From Blastocystis sp. subtype 4 (taxonomy: Eukaryota): 64,000 nt of DNA. Shown piece by piece: positions 1 through 12,419 of the stretch (the stretch's first letter is position 1; every line of letters begins with the position of its first letter). The stretch is taken from assembly GCF_000743755.1 (NCBI RefSeq), contig NW_014569480.1:1-64000 (forward strand). Direction: 5' to 3'. The position numbers and the translations under genes are program-made. The notes under the pieces are model-generated. The model saw nothing but the letters and a program-made list of their open reading frames with translations, did not search any database and had not been told where the DNA came from.

Positions 1-3000
1 GGAACACCCTTTGTATTCTAAGTATTTCACTATGTTGAAGCGAGGTCTTCCTGAGACTTCAGTTCGTCATGCAATGATGAAAGATGGTGTTGATACTTCA
101 ATCCTTGACAAGGATCCTGAAGAGTTAATCGAAGTTGAAGAATCTAAATCAGAATCAGCTTCAGTGAAGAGAGTTCCTCTTAAGGAACACCCTTTGTATT
201 CTAAGTATTTCACTATGTTGAAGCGAGGTCTTCCTGAGACTTCAGTTCGTCATGCAATGATGAAAGATGGTATTGATACTTCAATACTTGACAAAGATCC
301 TGAAGAGTTAATCGAAGTTGAAGAATCTAAAGAAGTGTCTTCAGTGAAGAGAGTTCCTTTGAAAGAACATCCTTTGTATTCTAAGTATTTCACTATGTTA
401 AAACGAGGACTTCCTGAAGTATCAGTTCGTCATGCAATGATGAAAGATGGTGTTGATACTTCAATACTTGACAAAGATCCTGAAGAGTTAATCGAAGTTG
501 AAGAATCTAAATCAGAATCAGCTTCAGTGAAAAGAGTTCCTTTGAAAGAACATCCTTTGTATTCTAAGTATTTCTTGATGCTGAAGCGAGGTCTTCCTGA
601 GACTTCAGTTCGTCATGCAATGATGAAAGATGGTATTGATACTTCAATACTTGACAAAGATCCTGAAGAGTTAATCGAAGTTGAAGAATCTAAAGAAGTG
701 TCTTCAGTGAAGAGAGTTCCTTTGAAAGAACATCCTTTGTATTCTAAGTATTTCNTTGATACTTCAATACTTGACAAAGATCCTGAAGAATTGATAGAGA
801 TCGAAGAATCTAAATCAGAATCAGCTTCAGTGAAAAGAGTTCCTTTGAAAGAACATCCTTTGTATTCTAAGTATTTCACTATGTTAAAACGAGGTCTTCC
901 TGAGACTTCAGTTCGTCATGCAATGATGAAAGATGGTGTTGATACTTCAATACTTGACAAAGATCCTGAAGAATTAATAGAGATCGAAGAATCTAAATCA
1001 GAATCAGCTTCAGTGAAAAGAGTTCCTTTGAAAGAACATCCTTTGTATTCTAAGTATTTCACTATGTTAAAACGAGGACTTCCTGAAGTATCAGTTCGTC
1101 ATGCAATGATGAAAGATGGTGTTGATACTTCAATACTTGATAAGGATCCCGAAGAACTCGTTGAACTTGAGATAAAGAAGTCAGAACAATTATCAACACC
1201 AATTCCCAAGCCAGTTCCCAAGATTCGCAAAGTACCTCTTTCTGAACATCCTGACTTCGAAAAATACTTTACTATGTTAAAGCGAGGACTTCCACGCGTT
1301 CAAGTGGAGAGAATCATGCGAAAGGATAATAAAGATACAGCCATTCTTGATCACGATCCAAATGAACTCCTTGAGGTGAAAGGAAGCGTAAGAGAATGAG
1401 AAACTGATTAGCCTTAGGGAAGTATTGTACGATTATGTGAACATCCAGTGTACGGAAAATATTTCGCGCTGTTAAAGCAAAAGCGTTCAAAGGAAACAGT
1501 GAAGGCAATGATGAAGCAAGATGGTCTGGACCCAAAGGTACAAATCATCCTCCTTTAAGACCTAGATTCTCGATTTGGATCCATTCAGCGATTGGTCTGT
1601 TGAGGATGGAAAGCGCGGATCAGCAACAAAGAAACGACGAACTGTACGAAAGAAGCTCCATTGGCACACGGTGGACTTTAAGGATGTGAAGGTGATGGTG
1701 TATTCATAGTTTGATACCTAGCTTGAAGAAACGTATTGGGGAAAACTGAAAATGCTCACGGTTTTGCAGGAGGATGAGGCTATGATGACAGATTTCGAAA
1801 CTGTTTTCGTCGTAAATCCAGATGAAAACAAGAAGGTTGAAGAGAAGCCTGTCGTGAAAGAAACGAAACCGAAGCTCGTATGTTTTCTGTCATTTTTCTG
1901 ATTGTAGATCTCGTTTTTGGATGGTAAGAGAAGTACTAACATTGGTATCGCTCTCAGCAAAGTCAAGGCAGACTATGCAACTCTTCGAAAGGCGTTGTTA
2001 CTGATGAAACCTGAACTTGCGGGAATTGTTCTCGAAACAGTTGAATCTCTCCGTGTCGCTCTTCCTACAGCTGAGGATATTCAAGCTGCCAAAGCATTCA
2101 ATGGGCCTGAAAACCAGTTAGCTCCGGTATGCATAAGAAATATGAATGATGTCTAGTCGGAACGATTTGTGGTAGAAATGCTGAAACTTCCCAATGTATC
2201 TCGGAAACTGGATTGTCTAGTCTTGAAGATGACAATGGATTCTCGAGTATCAGATCTTTTGAAGCGTTCTTCATTGATCAAGAGTGCATGCAATCAACTG
2301 CAGACGAGTTCCAAGTTTGCTCTCCTCTTAGAATCGGTGTTGATGTTGGGAAATGTATTGAATAATGCAGATGAAGAGGCGAATCGCATCAAGGTTGTCA
2401 AAGGTATTTCATTTGACTCCTTTGCTGCTCTGAGTGGAACCAAGGGATATGATAAGAAGACCTCCTTGCTAGTGTATTTAGAGAAGATCTTGTCTGTAAA
2501 GCTTCCTGATGTGTTCAGTGTTTATGATGAATTGACTGACTTGTCTGCAGCTGCGCATGAGTCTTTTGATGGTATTCGACAAGAAGAGGATGATTTAAGT
2601 AAACAACTGAAAGCAGTGACGGATGAACTGAAGAGTAGTCAGAACTTACTGGATAGTGGTCGTTTGATAGGGGAAGAAAAGAAAGATGTGGAAGATTCAA
2701 TACATGAGCTGGAGGAGTTTGCATCCACTGCTCAGTCTACGATTTCCAAACTCCATGGGACTGTTGAGGATGCTAGAGAATCATTTAGCGGATTACTGGC
2801 GTATTTCTGTCAAGAGCCGAAACAGAAGTCGGAGGACTTTTTCAACTATGTGATAGTGTTTTTGGATGAACTGATGAAGTGCCACAAGCAACAAGAAGAA
2901 AAGCGAGAAAGGATACAAAACAAGAAAAAGAAGGAAGAAGAGTTGCGGGCTATGAAGAAGAAAGAAGATATTGCTCCAAACACTGCCTTATCGTCCTTAT

Positions 3001-3023
3001 TCGATCAGCTTACGACAAAATAG
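1..3023 (+). CDS. Formin (FH2 domain), 5'-partial, preceded by at least 9 tandem CCDC53/WASHC3-C-terminus-like repeats; spliced
   Basis: FH2 motifs RKKLHW, LDGKRSTNIGIALSK, LLESVLMLGNVLN, KTSLLVYL, YFCQEP..SEDFF. Exons are joined by ~30-nt GT-AG introns (e.g. 1390-1419). TAG at 3021-3023. Confidence 0.9.
2..1160 (+). repeat. Coding tandem repeat of alternating 183/180-bp units (61/60 aa; EHPLYSKYFTMLKRGLPETSVRHAMMKDGVDTSILDKDPEEL...), with an assembly N at 755
   Basis: Unit starts at 2, 185, 365, 548 and 728 (this one truncated at the N), then two more units; two diverged copies follow near 1245 and 1440. Confidence 0.95.
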
Positions 3024-3379
3024 TTGTGTAATGTCTTTCTTGGAACAACCGATTCCATTCAACTCTCTACATGTTTCTCTTGTCTAGTTGAATGCACTTT
3101 TCTATGTTATAGATAGTGATTGATAGGAATATCAAGTTAGACTGAAGATACTTCATCATCTGCAAAGTCATTCTACTTCTATATCATGCTGAATCATTTG
3201 AATTTCCAGTTTATGGCTATTGGAAGTGGATCTTGAATAGTCACTATTGATGATCATTTCTCCGCACACAACCTTCATTCTCATAACCCATTCACTATGA
3301 TTCCAAAAACAATACTGTAAATAAAATGAAAGTATCCTTCGCTCAACTACTCCAAAACTTCATTGTCTTTTTTGATAGT

Positions 3380-4213
3380 ATGGATCATTCCTATTCTTTC
3401 TCTCTCACTACATTCAGTCCCTCGGGAAAACTGCTTCAAATTGAATATGCATTGAATGCTGTCAATCAGGGGAAGATGTCCGTTGGTGTGGCAGGTTTGT
3501 TAATAACAAATCTCTGATATATAGCTACAAATGGAGCTGTCATTGCCACAGAAAGAAAGGTCCCAACTGTTTTGATTGAAGAAGAATCGATTCAGAAGAT
3601 CGTTCCCCTTTCTGATAATATCGGTAGTTCTCTCACTTGGTAACATAACATATAGGTGCCGTATATTCTGGAATGGGTCCCGATTTCCGTATAATCACGA
3701 AGAAGGCTCAAAAGAAGGCGAATACATATTTTGCAACTTATCATGTTTCTAAAATGGATGTGATGTAATCGATAGGAACAAATCCCTTGTACACTTCTCG
3801 TCCAAGAGATTGCTTCGATTATGCAGGAATATACACAATCTGGAGGTGTCCGTCCTTTTGGAATCTCCTTGCTTGTTATAGGATATGATGAAGACAAACC
3901 TCGTCTGTATCAAGTTGATCCTTCTGGAGCCTATTTCTCTTGGTATGCTACTGCAATTGGTAAGAATTACATAAGTGGAAAGTCATTCCTCGAGAAAGTG
4001 AGAATGTGTGAATGATGTTATCGTTAGAGATGGAATGATGATATGGAGTTGGAAGATGCAATTCATACAGCAATGCTAGCATTAAAGGAGAATTTCGAAG
4101 GAGAGATGAATGAACGAAACATTCAAGTTGCATATGTATCGAACGATACAGACCATAAGATTCACATTCTATCTCCAGAGGAAATCAAGGATTATTTGGA
4201 GGAAATGGAGTAA
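3380..4213 (+). CDS. PSMA2: 20S proteasome subunit alpha type-2; spliced
   Basis: [59 protein letters not shown] at 4211-4213, followed by TGTTTGTA at 4220. Confidence 0.95.
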
Positions 4214-4247
4214 TGCGATTGTTTGTAATAAAGAGAGAAAAACAAGT

Positions 4248-6145
4248 AAATAGGATTCGCTCCTAAACGGATTCGAGTATCACGAAAATAGATCTTCAAA
4301 AAGAAATATGCGATAATGAGAATCACCAAAGCGAGAAGAAGGATGAGAATACTACATTTAACAAAATAATATGAGATTACTTTTGTGTATTCACTTCAGG
4401 TTCATAGGAACCAGAACAGGTAGCAGAAATACGACCATTTTCGTGAATGATCAATGTTACACCTACCTAAGAGTAAGTCCATCAATAAACTTCTACAGAA
4501 CTAGGATTCTGAACATCGAGGTTATTCAACAAGAAATCAAACTCACCAAGCTTCTAGACATGATCTTCAATACTTTCACTCACAATGTATTCACTATCCT
4601 TGCTTCGAAATACGGAAAGAGACAAATTCTTCTGATTTTCTTCCTCCAATTCCACTTCAATAGTCTTTCGCGTTGGGATCGAAACTCCTTTCGGTATTAC
4701 AACTTCATAACCTTTATCTGTCTGGATACAAATATTATGTGGAAGTAAATCAATGAAAAGCAATGATTGTAACTCCGATGGTGATACACCCATCCAACAA
4801 GCACACTGAATAGCAGCTCCATTTACCAATACAGTTTCATTTGCATTATTGTTTGGATTATAAATAGTGAGTAATTCTGGAAAATACTACAAAATGAAAA
4901 CATGACAAAAAAAGGACTGTATTTGGGAACGTCTTCTGTAAGTACTCATAAACAAGATTACAATTCGCCACACCTCCAGCAATTAAAACATCATCAAAAG
5001 ATTCCACATTAAGATCATTGGAGGTGAAGAACTGCTGGAGACTCTCATTCATCCTACTTAACATCCACAAATCAAGTCTACTTCTGGATCTGACGATTTA
5101 CAATATGAACAAAACAAGTCGAACTCACAGCAAGACTAATCTCACGATCATTAACACGATGTTTCTTTTCCTGTTTCTGGATTTCCAGAATTTTCTTATT
5201 TCGATTCAATGCATTCCATACATTCAGATTCAGCTTATTCCGGAATCCATAGTTCTCATGGACGATGGGTCGTAATTCTTCGGACTATGATAATCAAATA
5301 ACTACTGTGCATACTATTTGATTCTCAATGGTAGTAGTGATTTCTTCTGACAGAGATTTACCACAGACAGAAGGAAGTGTCGTTTTCGGTCCCATTCGGT
5401 ATTGATTTCCATTATTGAATACAACTTGAAGTCGAACAGAGTCCCAGCCAAGATCCATAAGCAGAATTGTTTTCTTGACGTCATCGTCAAAGAATCCATA
5501 AGAAAGACACATGGAAGTAGCTGTAGTAATGAGCTCGATGGGAATAGAAAGAGAATTGCTGATGGACTGGAAAAACGACTGAAGGAAGGGAGATATTAAA
5601 GGAACAACCACAAAGAAACAGCTGATATGCTTCCCTAACGATACTTCAATCCGTTCTCGTAAGAGTAACATATAATCAACAAAGACCTCTTCAATAGTAA
5701 GTTTAATACTTTCATTGTTTGCAATAATGTGCCACTATTCATAAGGTAAGAAACGATAAAAGACAGTGAAATCAGAAAACTCGACAACCTCATTCCTTTG
5801 AATCTGATTAGCTGCATCCACACGAAATGAATTATCTCCAACTAATTGTCTAAAGTGTCGAATGACTTGTTTTGGAGCTATTTGGAGTTGTTTGATTGCT
5901 TTATCACCAATTTCAATAACACCGTTTCCCTAGATATCAGAATATCACGCTAAGTCAACAGAATACGAAATAGCAGTTGGAATAGAGTCATACCCATCAA
6001 TTGGGATGATATTGGAGCACCCATCATCAGCATTCCAATACGAAGCTTTGGTGAACTCATTTCCGATGTCAACAGCAACAACCACAGAACCATCCGATTC
6101 CATCGGTTTTTCTGGAATTCGGAGACTTTCCACTTGGTCACCCAT
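4248..6145 (-). CDS. Divergent Hsp70-family protein with a C-terminal transmembrane helix; spliced; 3' end uncertain (4248 if the stop is poly(A)-made, 4192 if the encoded TAA is used)
   Basis: Degenerate Hsp70 motifs VAVDIGNEFTKAS, LLMDLGWDSV, DVLIAGGVANCNLV, VNGAAIQCA, VIPKGVSIP. Last exon encodes ILILLLALVILIIAYFFL. Confidence 0.65.
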
Positions 6146-6202
6146 TCAATGAGACTCCCAACAAACAAATATGACACAAATCGTTTATAGAAACGAGACT
6201 CT

Positions 6203-6989
6203 TCAATCTGTTAAGTAATTACAAAGTTGTAAAGCCGATTCCAGGGAGTCACAAAAGGAAATAACCGTCTGCACAGAAATGCCAGTTGTCGCGGATTGAA
6301 CGCTTTTCGACGTTGTGTTGTAATTCTAAAGGCTGAGACTTCTCATAGAAACTCACTTCTAGCGCTTGCTTCAAGTTCTGTGCTTGTTCATACTCTGAAA
6401 TATCAGCAGCTGCTTTCATTTTGCTTTCTAAACTGTTTTGTAGAATTGTGTTGCATTCAGTATTTCTAGCAATCTCACAAGCGATATCCGTAGCGAGTTT
6501 GGATTGTTTGTTGAGTTCCTCATGCAGGTGAAAGGTAGTGGTCAAATCTCCAGAGGCTGTCAGTTCAGCAATCCTTTGCTGTTTAGCTTTGATCTCTTTG
6601 ACAAGATCTTTGACTTCAGTTGCTTGCTTTCGGAACCGCATTAACCTAGAATCGATCTAATGGACGATTATTACCTTTGGTCAAGGATTCGTTCTTCCTC
6701 AATCGGTCCAAGGAGTACGAATCGTTCTGGATAGAGACAACAAGGGAAATTCTTCTCATCTGGGGCTGTATATCTGAATTGATTACTGGAATGAGAAGGA
6801 GGCGGAGGGATGTATCGGTGAAAGAGTTGCTTTTCGATTTCTAAGACCTCTATCACTCCAGATTTATCTTTTCCTTGAATGAATCCGTTTTGCGAACACA
6901 TGGGATAGCCATCAAAGCAGCAGATGATCTGCTTTTCCTAAACAATTACCACTCCATAGGATTCTTACCTTTAACAACGTTCCCTCCAT
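6203..6989 (-). CDS. Hypothetical protein with a coiled-coil C-terminal half; spliced; 3' end uncertain
   Basis: ATG GAG GGA ACG TTG TTA AAG followed by a GT..AG intron joins ORFs 6671-6901 and 6249-6641. No family recognised. Confidence 0.5.
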
Positions 6990-7039
6990 TTGAACACAAA
7001 CATACAGTGAAGATTGACAAGATGTCAACAAACAAAGCC

Positions 7040-8126
7040 TTATATATTTTGATTAGGATTCGAATTTGTTCCTTGGGTCATCTGCTGTGTCATTATCCCA
7101 GTATAAGGCATTAAGGTAGGATTCATTCCCCAAAATGGCATTGAATAGTACTGCTGGAACAATTCCGGAACCACTGGTTGCGTTAGTGTATTTTCGACAG
7201 TTGGAGTTCGACCCTGAATGAGATTTCCAGAAAACTCTTGCTTGGATTTGATTTGCTCTTTACCTTCTTTTGCTAAACTTACAACAATGGATCGATCCTA
7301 TTATTCACTACTACATCCCATGACTACCATCACTCTTTTTATGGGTTCTTCAAGACAGGCATAGGTTGCTTTATCTGTTTCATAAGTGATAAAACCAAAC
7401 CCTTTCGATTTGCCTGTGTTTCGATCTCTACAAACAACCAATTCCTGGATAGGTCCCTAGCAATCACTTTCAGCAAAAAGACATACATAGGAATCAAATA
7501 CTATCCTCAAATCATCTTCATTTGCTTCAAATGGTACATTTCGAATAAACAACTTCCGATCTACAAGCTTCCTTTCCTGAATTGAAGGTCCATCCGGTGC
7601 AGTTCTGTCTACGGTTCATCATCCATTGATTCCTTACGTTTGGCATTTTGACAAGCAAATGAAACGATTAGCTTAGTATTATTTATACTAATATCTGCGT
7701 TCAATGCTTTCAATGCCTCTTCTGCTGTCCGATATTTGACAAATGCATATCCCTTAGAAGCTTTAGTTTCTCGATCTGTAATCACCGTACAATCTACCAG
7801 CATTCCATAGGGCTCGAATACTTGTCGCAAGTCGTCACTCGTGGCAGAGAATGGTATTTTGCGTACAAATAGGTTTCTACAGTCGTCACTACTATTTGTT
7901 TTATTGACAACTGATTGATAAAGTGCATCGCTGATATCGATACTATTAGATTATGCAGATGGAAGGTAAATACTTTTCTGAGATAATTTCAATCAATGAT
8001 TCCTTGTTTAAAAGATTCAGCAGGATTCCAACATTTTCCTTTGATATTCTTCTTGATAGACTATATTCAAAGATCCAGAGAAACAGACTACTCCTCCTCC
8101 TGCAGCCTCTTCTTAGCATCCGACAT
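7040..8126 (-). CDS. Two-RRM RNA-binding protein (UBA2/hnRNP-like); spliced
   Basis: RNP2 and RNP1 motifs LFVRKIPF / KGYAFVKY and LFIRNVPF / KGFGFITY. ATG at 8126, TAA at 7040-7042, then TGTTTGTT. Confidence 0.85.
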
Positions 8127-8133
8127 GATTCTG

Positions 8134-8141
8134 AACAAACA
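8134..8141 (-). terminator. TGTTTGTT 3'-processing element
   Basis: Exact motif, 4 nt downstream of the in-frame T at 8146. Confidence 0.8.
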
Positions 8142-8145
8142 CACA

Positions 8146-10384
8146 ACTTCAACTTATTTGAAAAGAAATTGAGAAACGGAATATCCGAAATTTCTGGATA
8201 ATAGTAGTCACATTCATCAAATAATGTATGCATCACAGTCGAAAGATACTCCTTGATCCTTTCCTTTCCAGTTGAAATAATGTCACTCATTGAAACACCT
8301 ACTCCTAACTCTGATTCTCTACTCCTACCTGCTGCACTTAACATCATCGTTTCTCCAGACTCCTGATTGTTTCGAATAAACTCCAATTCAGTAGGCAAAA
8401 CAAGTGGTGGTTGACTTAGTTCACATCGCTTAAAGCGATCACTATCTTCCATCACACTAGCAGGAGGATTCAAACTATAAAACTTTGAGCATAACTTCTT
8501 CAACTCACTTTCTTCCAAACTAAATTTAACGCCACCTTTCCACATTGTTTCCTCTGGGCGTTTCATTGACATCCGTTGAGGTATCATTGTTTCAGGTTCA
8601 AAATGATAAACATCGAGCTTCTTCCCACCTTGATAGATAGTCACACAATCATCAGAGTCACTTGAGACCGGATCCAATCCTGTTACTGCAGATTCCATTA
8701 TCACAGTAGGACTAGTTTGAGTAATGTCAATCACTTGTCCACTCTGTACAAACTCTACTTCTTCCTTCTCTACCTCCTCCAACAGTCTCTGACGTCGAGC
8801 CACACGATCTCTCGAGAGCAATGTGTTGAAGTCTCCAGAGTTGCTCATATTAGCAGCCACTATAGGATCCATAACACCGAGAGGACCCACTGAACCAATA
8901 GGACTCATCATTGCCATGGACCCCACTGAACCAACTGGGCTCATAGGACTCATAGGACCCATTGAATTTATTGAACCTACTGGACCCATTGGACCCATTG
9001 GACCCATTGGACCCATTGGATCTGGACCTATGGGATCTGGAACACCCATACAGCCCATGTCCTCTTCCAGACTTATTGGACTACAAGACAGAGGCAAAGA
9101 CAGAGGCAAAGGCTCCTTCTCCTCCCATGACACACACCAACCATCATTGCCTGTTGTAGCAAGAGACCGGGATAAAGACAACTGACTGATGTCCAAAATG
9201 TCATTCCCAAAATAGGAGGGAAAAACCCCCAAATCACCTGACAACCGAGCTGTTTCCTCAGGCAGAGAACGAACATGTTCCATTTGAGAGAGAGTCTCGA
9301 GATTCTGAATGGCCTTTGGATAGCCTTGAAATGAAGGAAACAATGAATCAGATAGAAACGAATTGTCAGCAAGAGGAAATTGGTTGATCATTGCCAATGT
9401 AGAATCATCGACCTGACCAACAGTTAATCCGAGTTCTGCAGAGAAGGAAGCAGCTGGGTGATCGTCTGTAGGTAACTTTGGTGGTTGCGGATCTGGAAAC
9501 GATCGCATCGGAATAGACACAACAAAGCTATCAGAAGGGGGAAGTGTTGTCTGTCCCATGGATTTCAAGGCCATGCACTGCTGAATGAAAAGAACTGCAA
9601 ATCAGATGAGAATAACATGATGTACGTTTAGTCTCAAGAACTGCTTTGTCCATACTGTATTGGAGATACACGGGAAGAAAGACAATTCGCATCACATTAT
9701 AAGCCAAATCGAGAATTGAAAAGGGAAAATGTAACTCACTCATAATTGGAATTCCAGATACAGAGGGAATTCTCTCATTACAAGGAGTTAATGGAAGACG
9801 TAAGATAGCTAAATATTATAGAGTGAGAACATCACCAACACGACTTCCCTTTGTTTCGACGATTATTCACATATAGAACTACAGGAGTTGATGCGTTAAA
9901 ACCCGCAAGCAATTTACGTCGAAAAGAAACGTTTGCAGCCAGTTCTTTTGAAATAAAGATAATATCGTACTGAAACGATGAAGCTACTCTCTGAAGTAGA
10001 GTCTCGTTAGAAAATACATCAAAGGAACACATAATCCCGCATTCACTAAAGAACGATGTCAAGTTGTGACTGATTTGTCTACAGTTCACAAAAGTGTCTG
10101 CGAGCATAAGGACACGACATGATCTGCTCTCTAAAATGCTCATGTCGCTCAAAATGAATTCTGGTTGTCGTTCCACAACAGGCGACCTCTCTTGATCAGT
10201 TAGTTCCCATGAAATCGACGGAAGAGGTATTTCTGTCTCAGTATTCCAATTTGACAGAACTACACGATTAGGGTTAGTAACACTATCTGTAGATTGTGTC
10301 TACTCTATTAGAGGAGTAGGAAAGCCCTACATATGACGACTCATGAGGAACAGTTAAATCTACTGTATCAAGGGTCCAACTCAT
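8146..10384 (-). CDS. Hypothetical protein with an N-terminal pseudo-receiver (REC-like) domain and a Gly-Pro-Met repeat; stop predicted to be completed by polyadenylation
   Basis: Spliced model joins MSWTLDT..., ORF 9832-10176, ORF 9531-9743 and ORF 7946-9574. In-frame T at 8146 + 4 nt + TGTTTGTT, then the ATG of the next gene at 8126. Confidence 0.6.
8881..9040 (-). repeat. 9-bp coding minisatellite (plus strand GGACCCATT x4 plus degenerate copies) encoding (GPM)n/(SPM)n
   Basis: Exact copies at 8982-9017; protein PIGPDPMGPMGPMGPMGPVGS. Confidence 0.85.
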
Positions 10385-10736
10385 TCAAATAATGTAGGTG
10401 TATTCAGTTGTCTACCAGGTACTTGACTTTAAGACAGCTTACAATAACAATAAATGAGTTTGCCCTTTAGGTGGAGAAGATAGTGTTATACCTCTACACT
10501 CCAAGATATTCGAAATGATTATAGAGATCTCATGAAATGTACAGTGGTTATTATTGGTTATTGATTATCAAGAAGAAATAACCCTCCTATTTTTCGAAAC
10601 CTTTAAATGCTTGTATGAGTATATTGACTGGAATAATGGTGCAAACGAATGTTTAAAAGAAAATGAGATGGAACAGTTGGTGGATGACATAGATTTCTCT
10701 TTCAAGATAACCAATAAACACTTACTAAACGACAGC

Positions 10737-12205
10737 TTATTCCGGAATAATTCCTCCCCATTCACCTTTTCGAATAGCCCTGTACTTTTCGCTCTCTTCC
10801 TTCATTTTTCCTTTTGTGACCACAATTCTCTCCGTTGAACCTGTTTTCGTACACACGTCAACAAGCACGTGTTTATCACGTTTCAAAGGAGTGTCAAGGA
10901 TACGTGAACCAAGAAGGACTCCAGTTGGACCATTCATGGGTTTGCGTAAAGCGAGATAGGAATACACTTCAGCAGATTTACGTCGAGATTTGTATGCCTA
11001 GAAATAAAAGTGCGTTCAATGAGTTACAGCAGTAGGACCAGCTGCACACTGTTGGGCAAAGTGACACCAATGACTCTTGTTTCCCTTCAATGGACACTCC
11101 TTGAGGTGAGGACAAGGAGCCAGTATCTCGATGTCTGGAGTTGGCTCAATACTATTAAACACTGCTTTCAACTCTGTAGGTGTTTCCATTCGGATGAGCA
11201 AAGAACGAGCACAACGTATAAGGTGGAAGCCCCAACGGTCACCATCCTCTGCTAATATTAATGTGCCCCCTGGTTTTAAGGATTCTAGAGTTATGAGGGA
11301 GAGAGAAAGATACCCCAGGCAATCACACAGGAGGATGCTCTAGCTTTGTTAGACGGTAGGTCCGAAAGAAATCGATCCATTAGAATCAAATCATAGGAAG
11401 GCTCAGCCTTTGGATAACAACAAAACCATACTCGAACATGTTGAAGCAACAAAGGAAGCGATGAATAAGAAGTGATTTTGAAGGGCCGACCACTGGATTG
11501 AAGAAGGTCTGCTGTATTCTTCAGCATGTATTCACTTCCGTCAATTAGGGTAACTTCATTGACAGAAGGGTACTTTTCAATAGCAGCTCTATTAGTAAGA
11601 TAAAGGAACAAATCAAACAAAGAAGCACTTCCACTTCCACAACCTATATCGAGTAATCGAAGAGGTTGATAAGACTGAAGAGGAAGGTCTGTAAGAATAC
11701 GTGTAACAATACCAAAACTGTAAATCAGGTTCAAACAATGATACTACTCTTTTGCTATTCGGAATTCTGTGTGTACAACAGATGTCAGTTCATCATATAC
11801 CAAAGGAGGCATTCCTACTTCTGTAGTAATGGGCTCATTGCCCCAGTCGTTGAAATCTTTCTTTGCTTCACGCTTCCGTTTAAGTGATAAATACCTGAAA
11901 TTCATTCCAATTGTCATCACTACTCTTTCCACGCCTCCTCTCTTTCAGCATGTTTGAAAGGTTTACATAACTTACGCACATACGTTTGAGCATATTCAGG
12001 AACAGGAATTTCACTTCTCCAATAACTACGTGTAGCCAACCTTTCAGATTGTGTTTCTTTGAAGTTAAAATGATCTTATAAACAGAGTACCTTCAGAAAA
12101 GTGTCGGATAACGAAGCAAGGAAGATGTTGCGTAGAAACAAGATTTACCCGCTTCAATAAGACTTGCAAAGGGAATCTTTGCATAGAGAAACGGGACACA
12201 AACAT
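10737..12205 (-). CDS. RSM22: Mitoribosome small-subunit assembly methyltransferase-like protein (Rsm22/METTL17); spliced
   Basis: LLDIGCGSGSA, APCPHLKECPL..WCHFAQ, HVLVDVCT, YRAIRKGEWG. Arg-rich N-terminal targeting-like peptide MFVSRFSMQRFPLQVLLKR. Confidence 0.85.
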
Positions 12206-12419
12206 TTCTCTGTTGATGGAACTTGCTATGACAGATAATCGATGTTACTCTATCTATTTGCAAATAGATTATCTATAAGATGGACTATGAAGGAAGGAAT
12301 TCCTATCAATTCATGGTTTGTTTGATATGTTCTCTATCACTTTGTAATACAGACCCCCAACAACCCAAAATTCATAAAATTGGCGTGTTTTGTATTTCAA
12401 TAATGATCACAATCAAATA

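Noticed and set aside
1..1160. Tandem array as CRISPR or a mobile element
   Set aside because: No unique spacers or transposon hallmarks; it is an in-frame coding repeat of a eukaryotic formin.
3332..3378. GTATCCTT upstream of PSMA2 as a U12 donor
   Set aside because: No convincing U12 branch site, and splicing does not put the upstream ATG in frame; unsupported without RNA data.
4237..4248. Hsp70-like gene as a firm poly(A)-made stop
   Set aside because: The motif is degenerate (TGTTTTTC) and the in-frame T sits 3 nt rather than 4 nt upstream; left as uncertain.
7946..9574. 542-aa ORF as a single gene product
   Set aside because: Its last ~66 codons run through a TGTTTGTT element and through the ATG exon and first intron of the RRM gene; it is a chimera of two genes.
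10554..10838. 94-aa plus-strand ORF
   Set aside because: Starts at TTG, overlaps the RSM22 3' end in antisense and has no recognisable motif.
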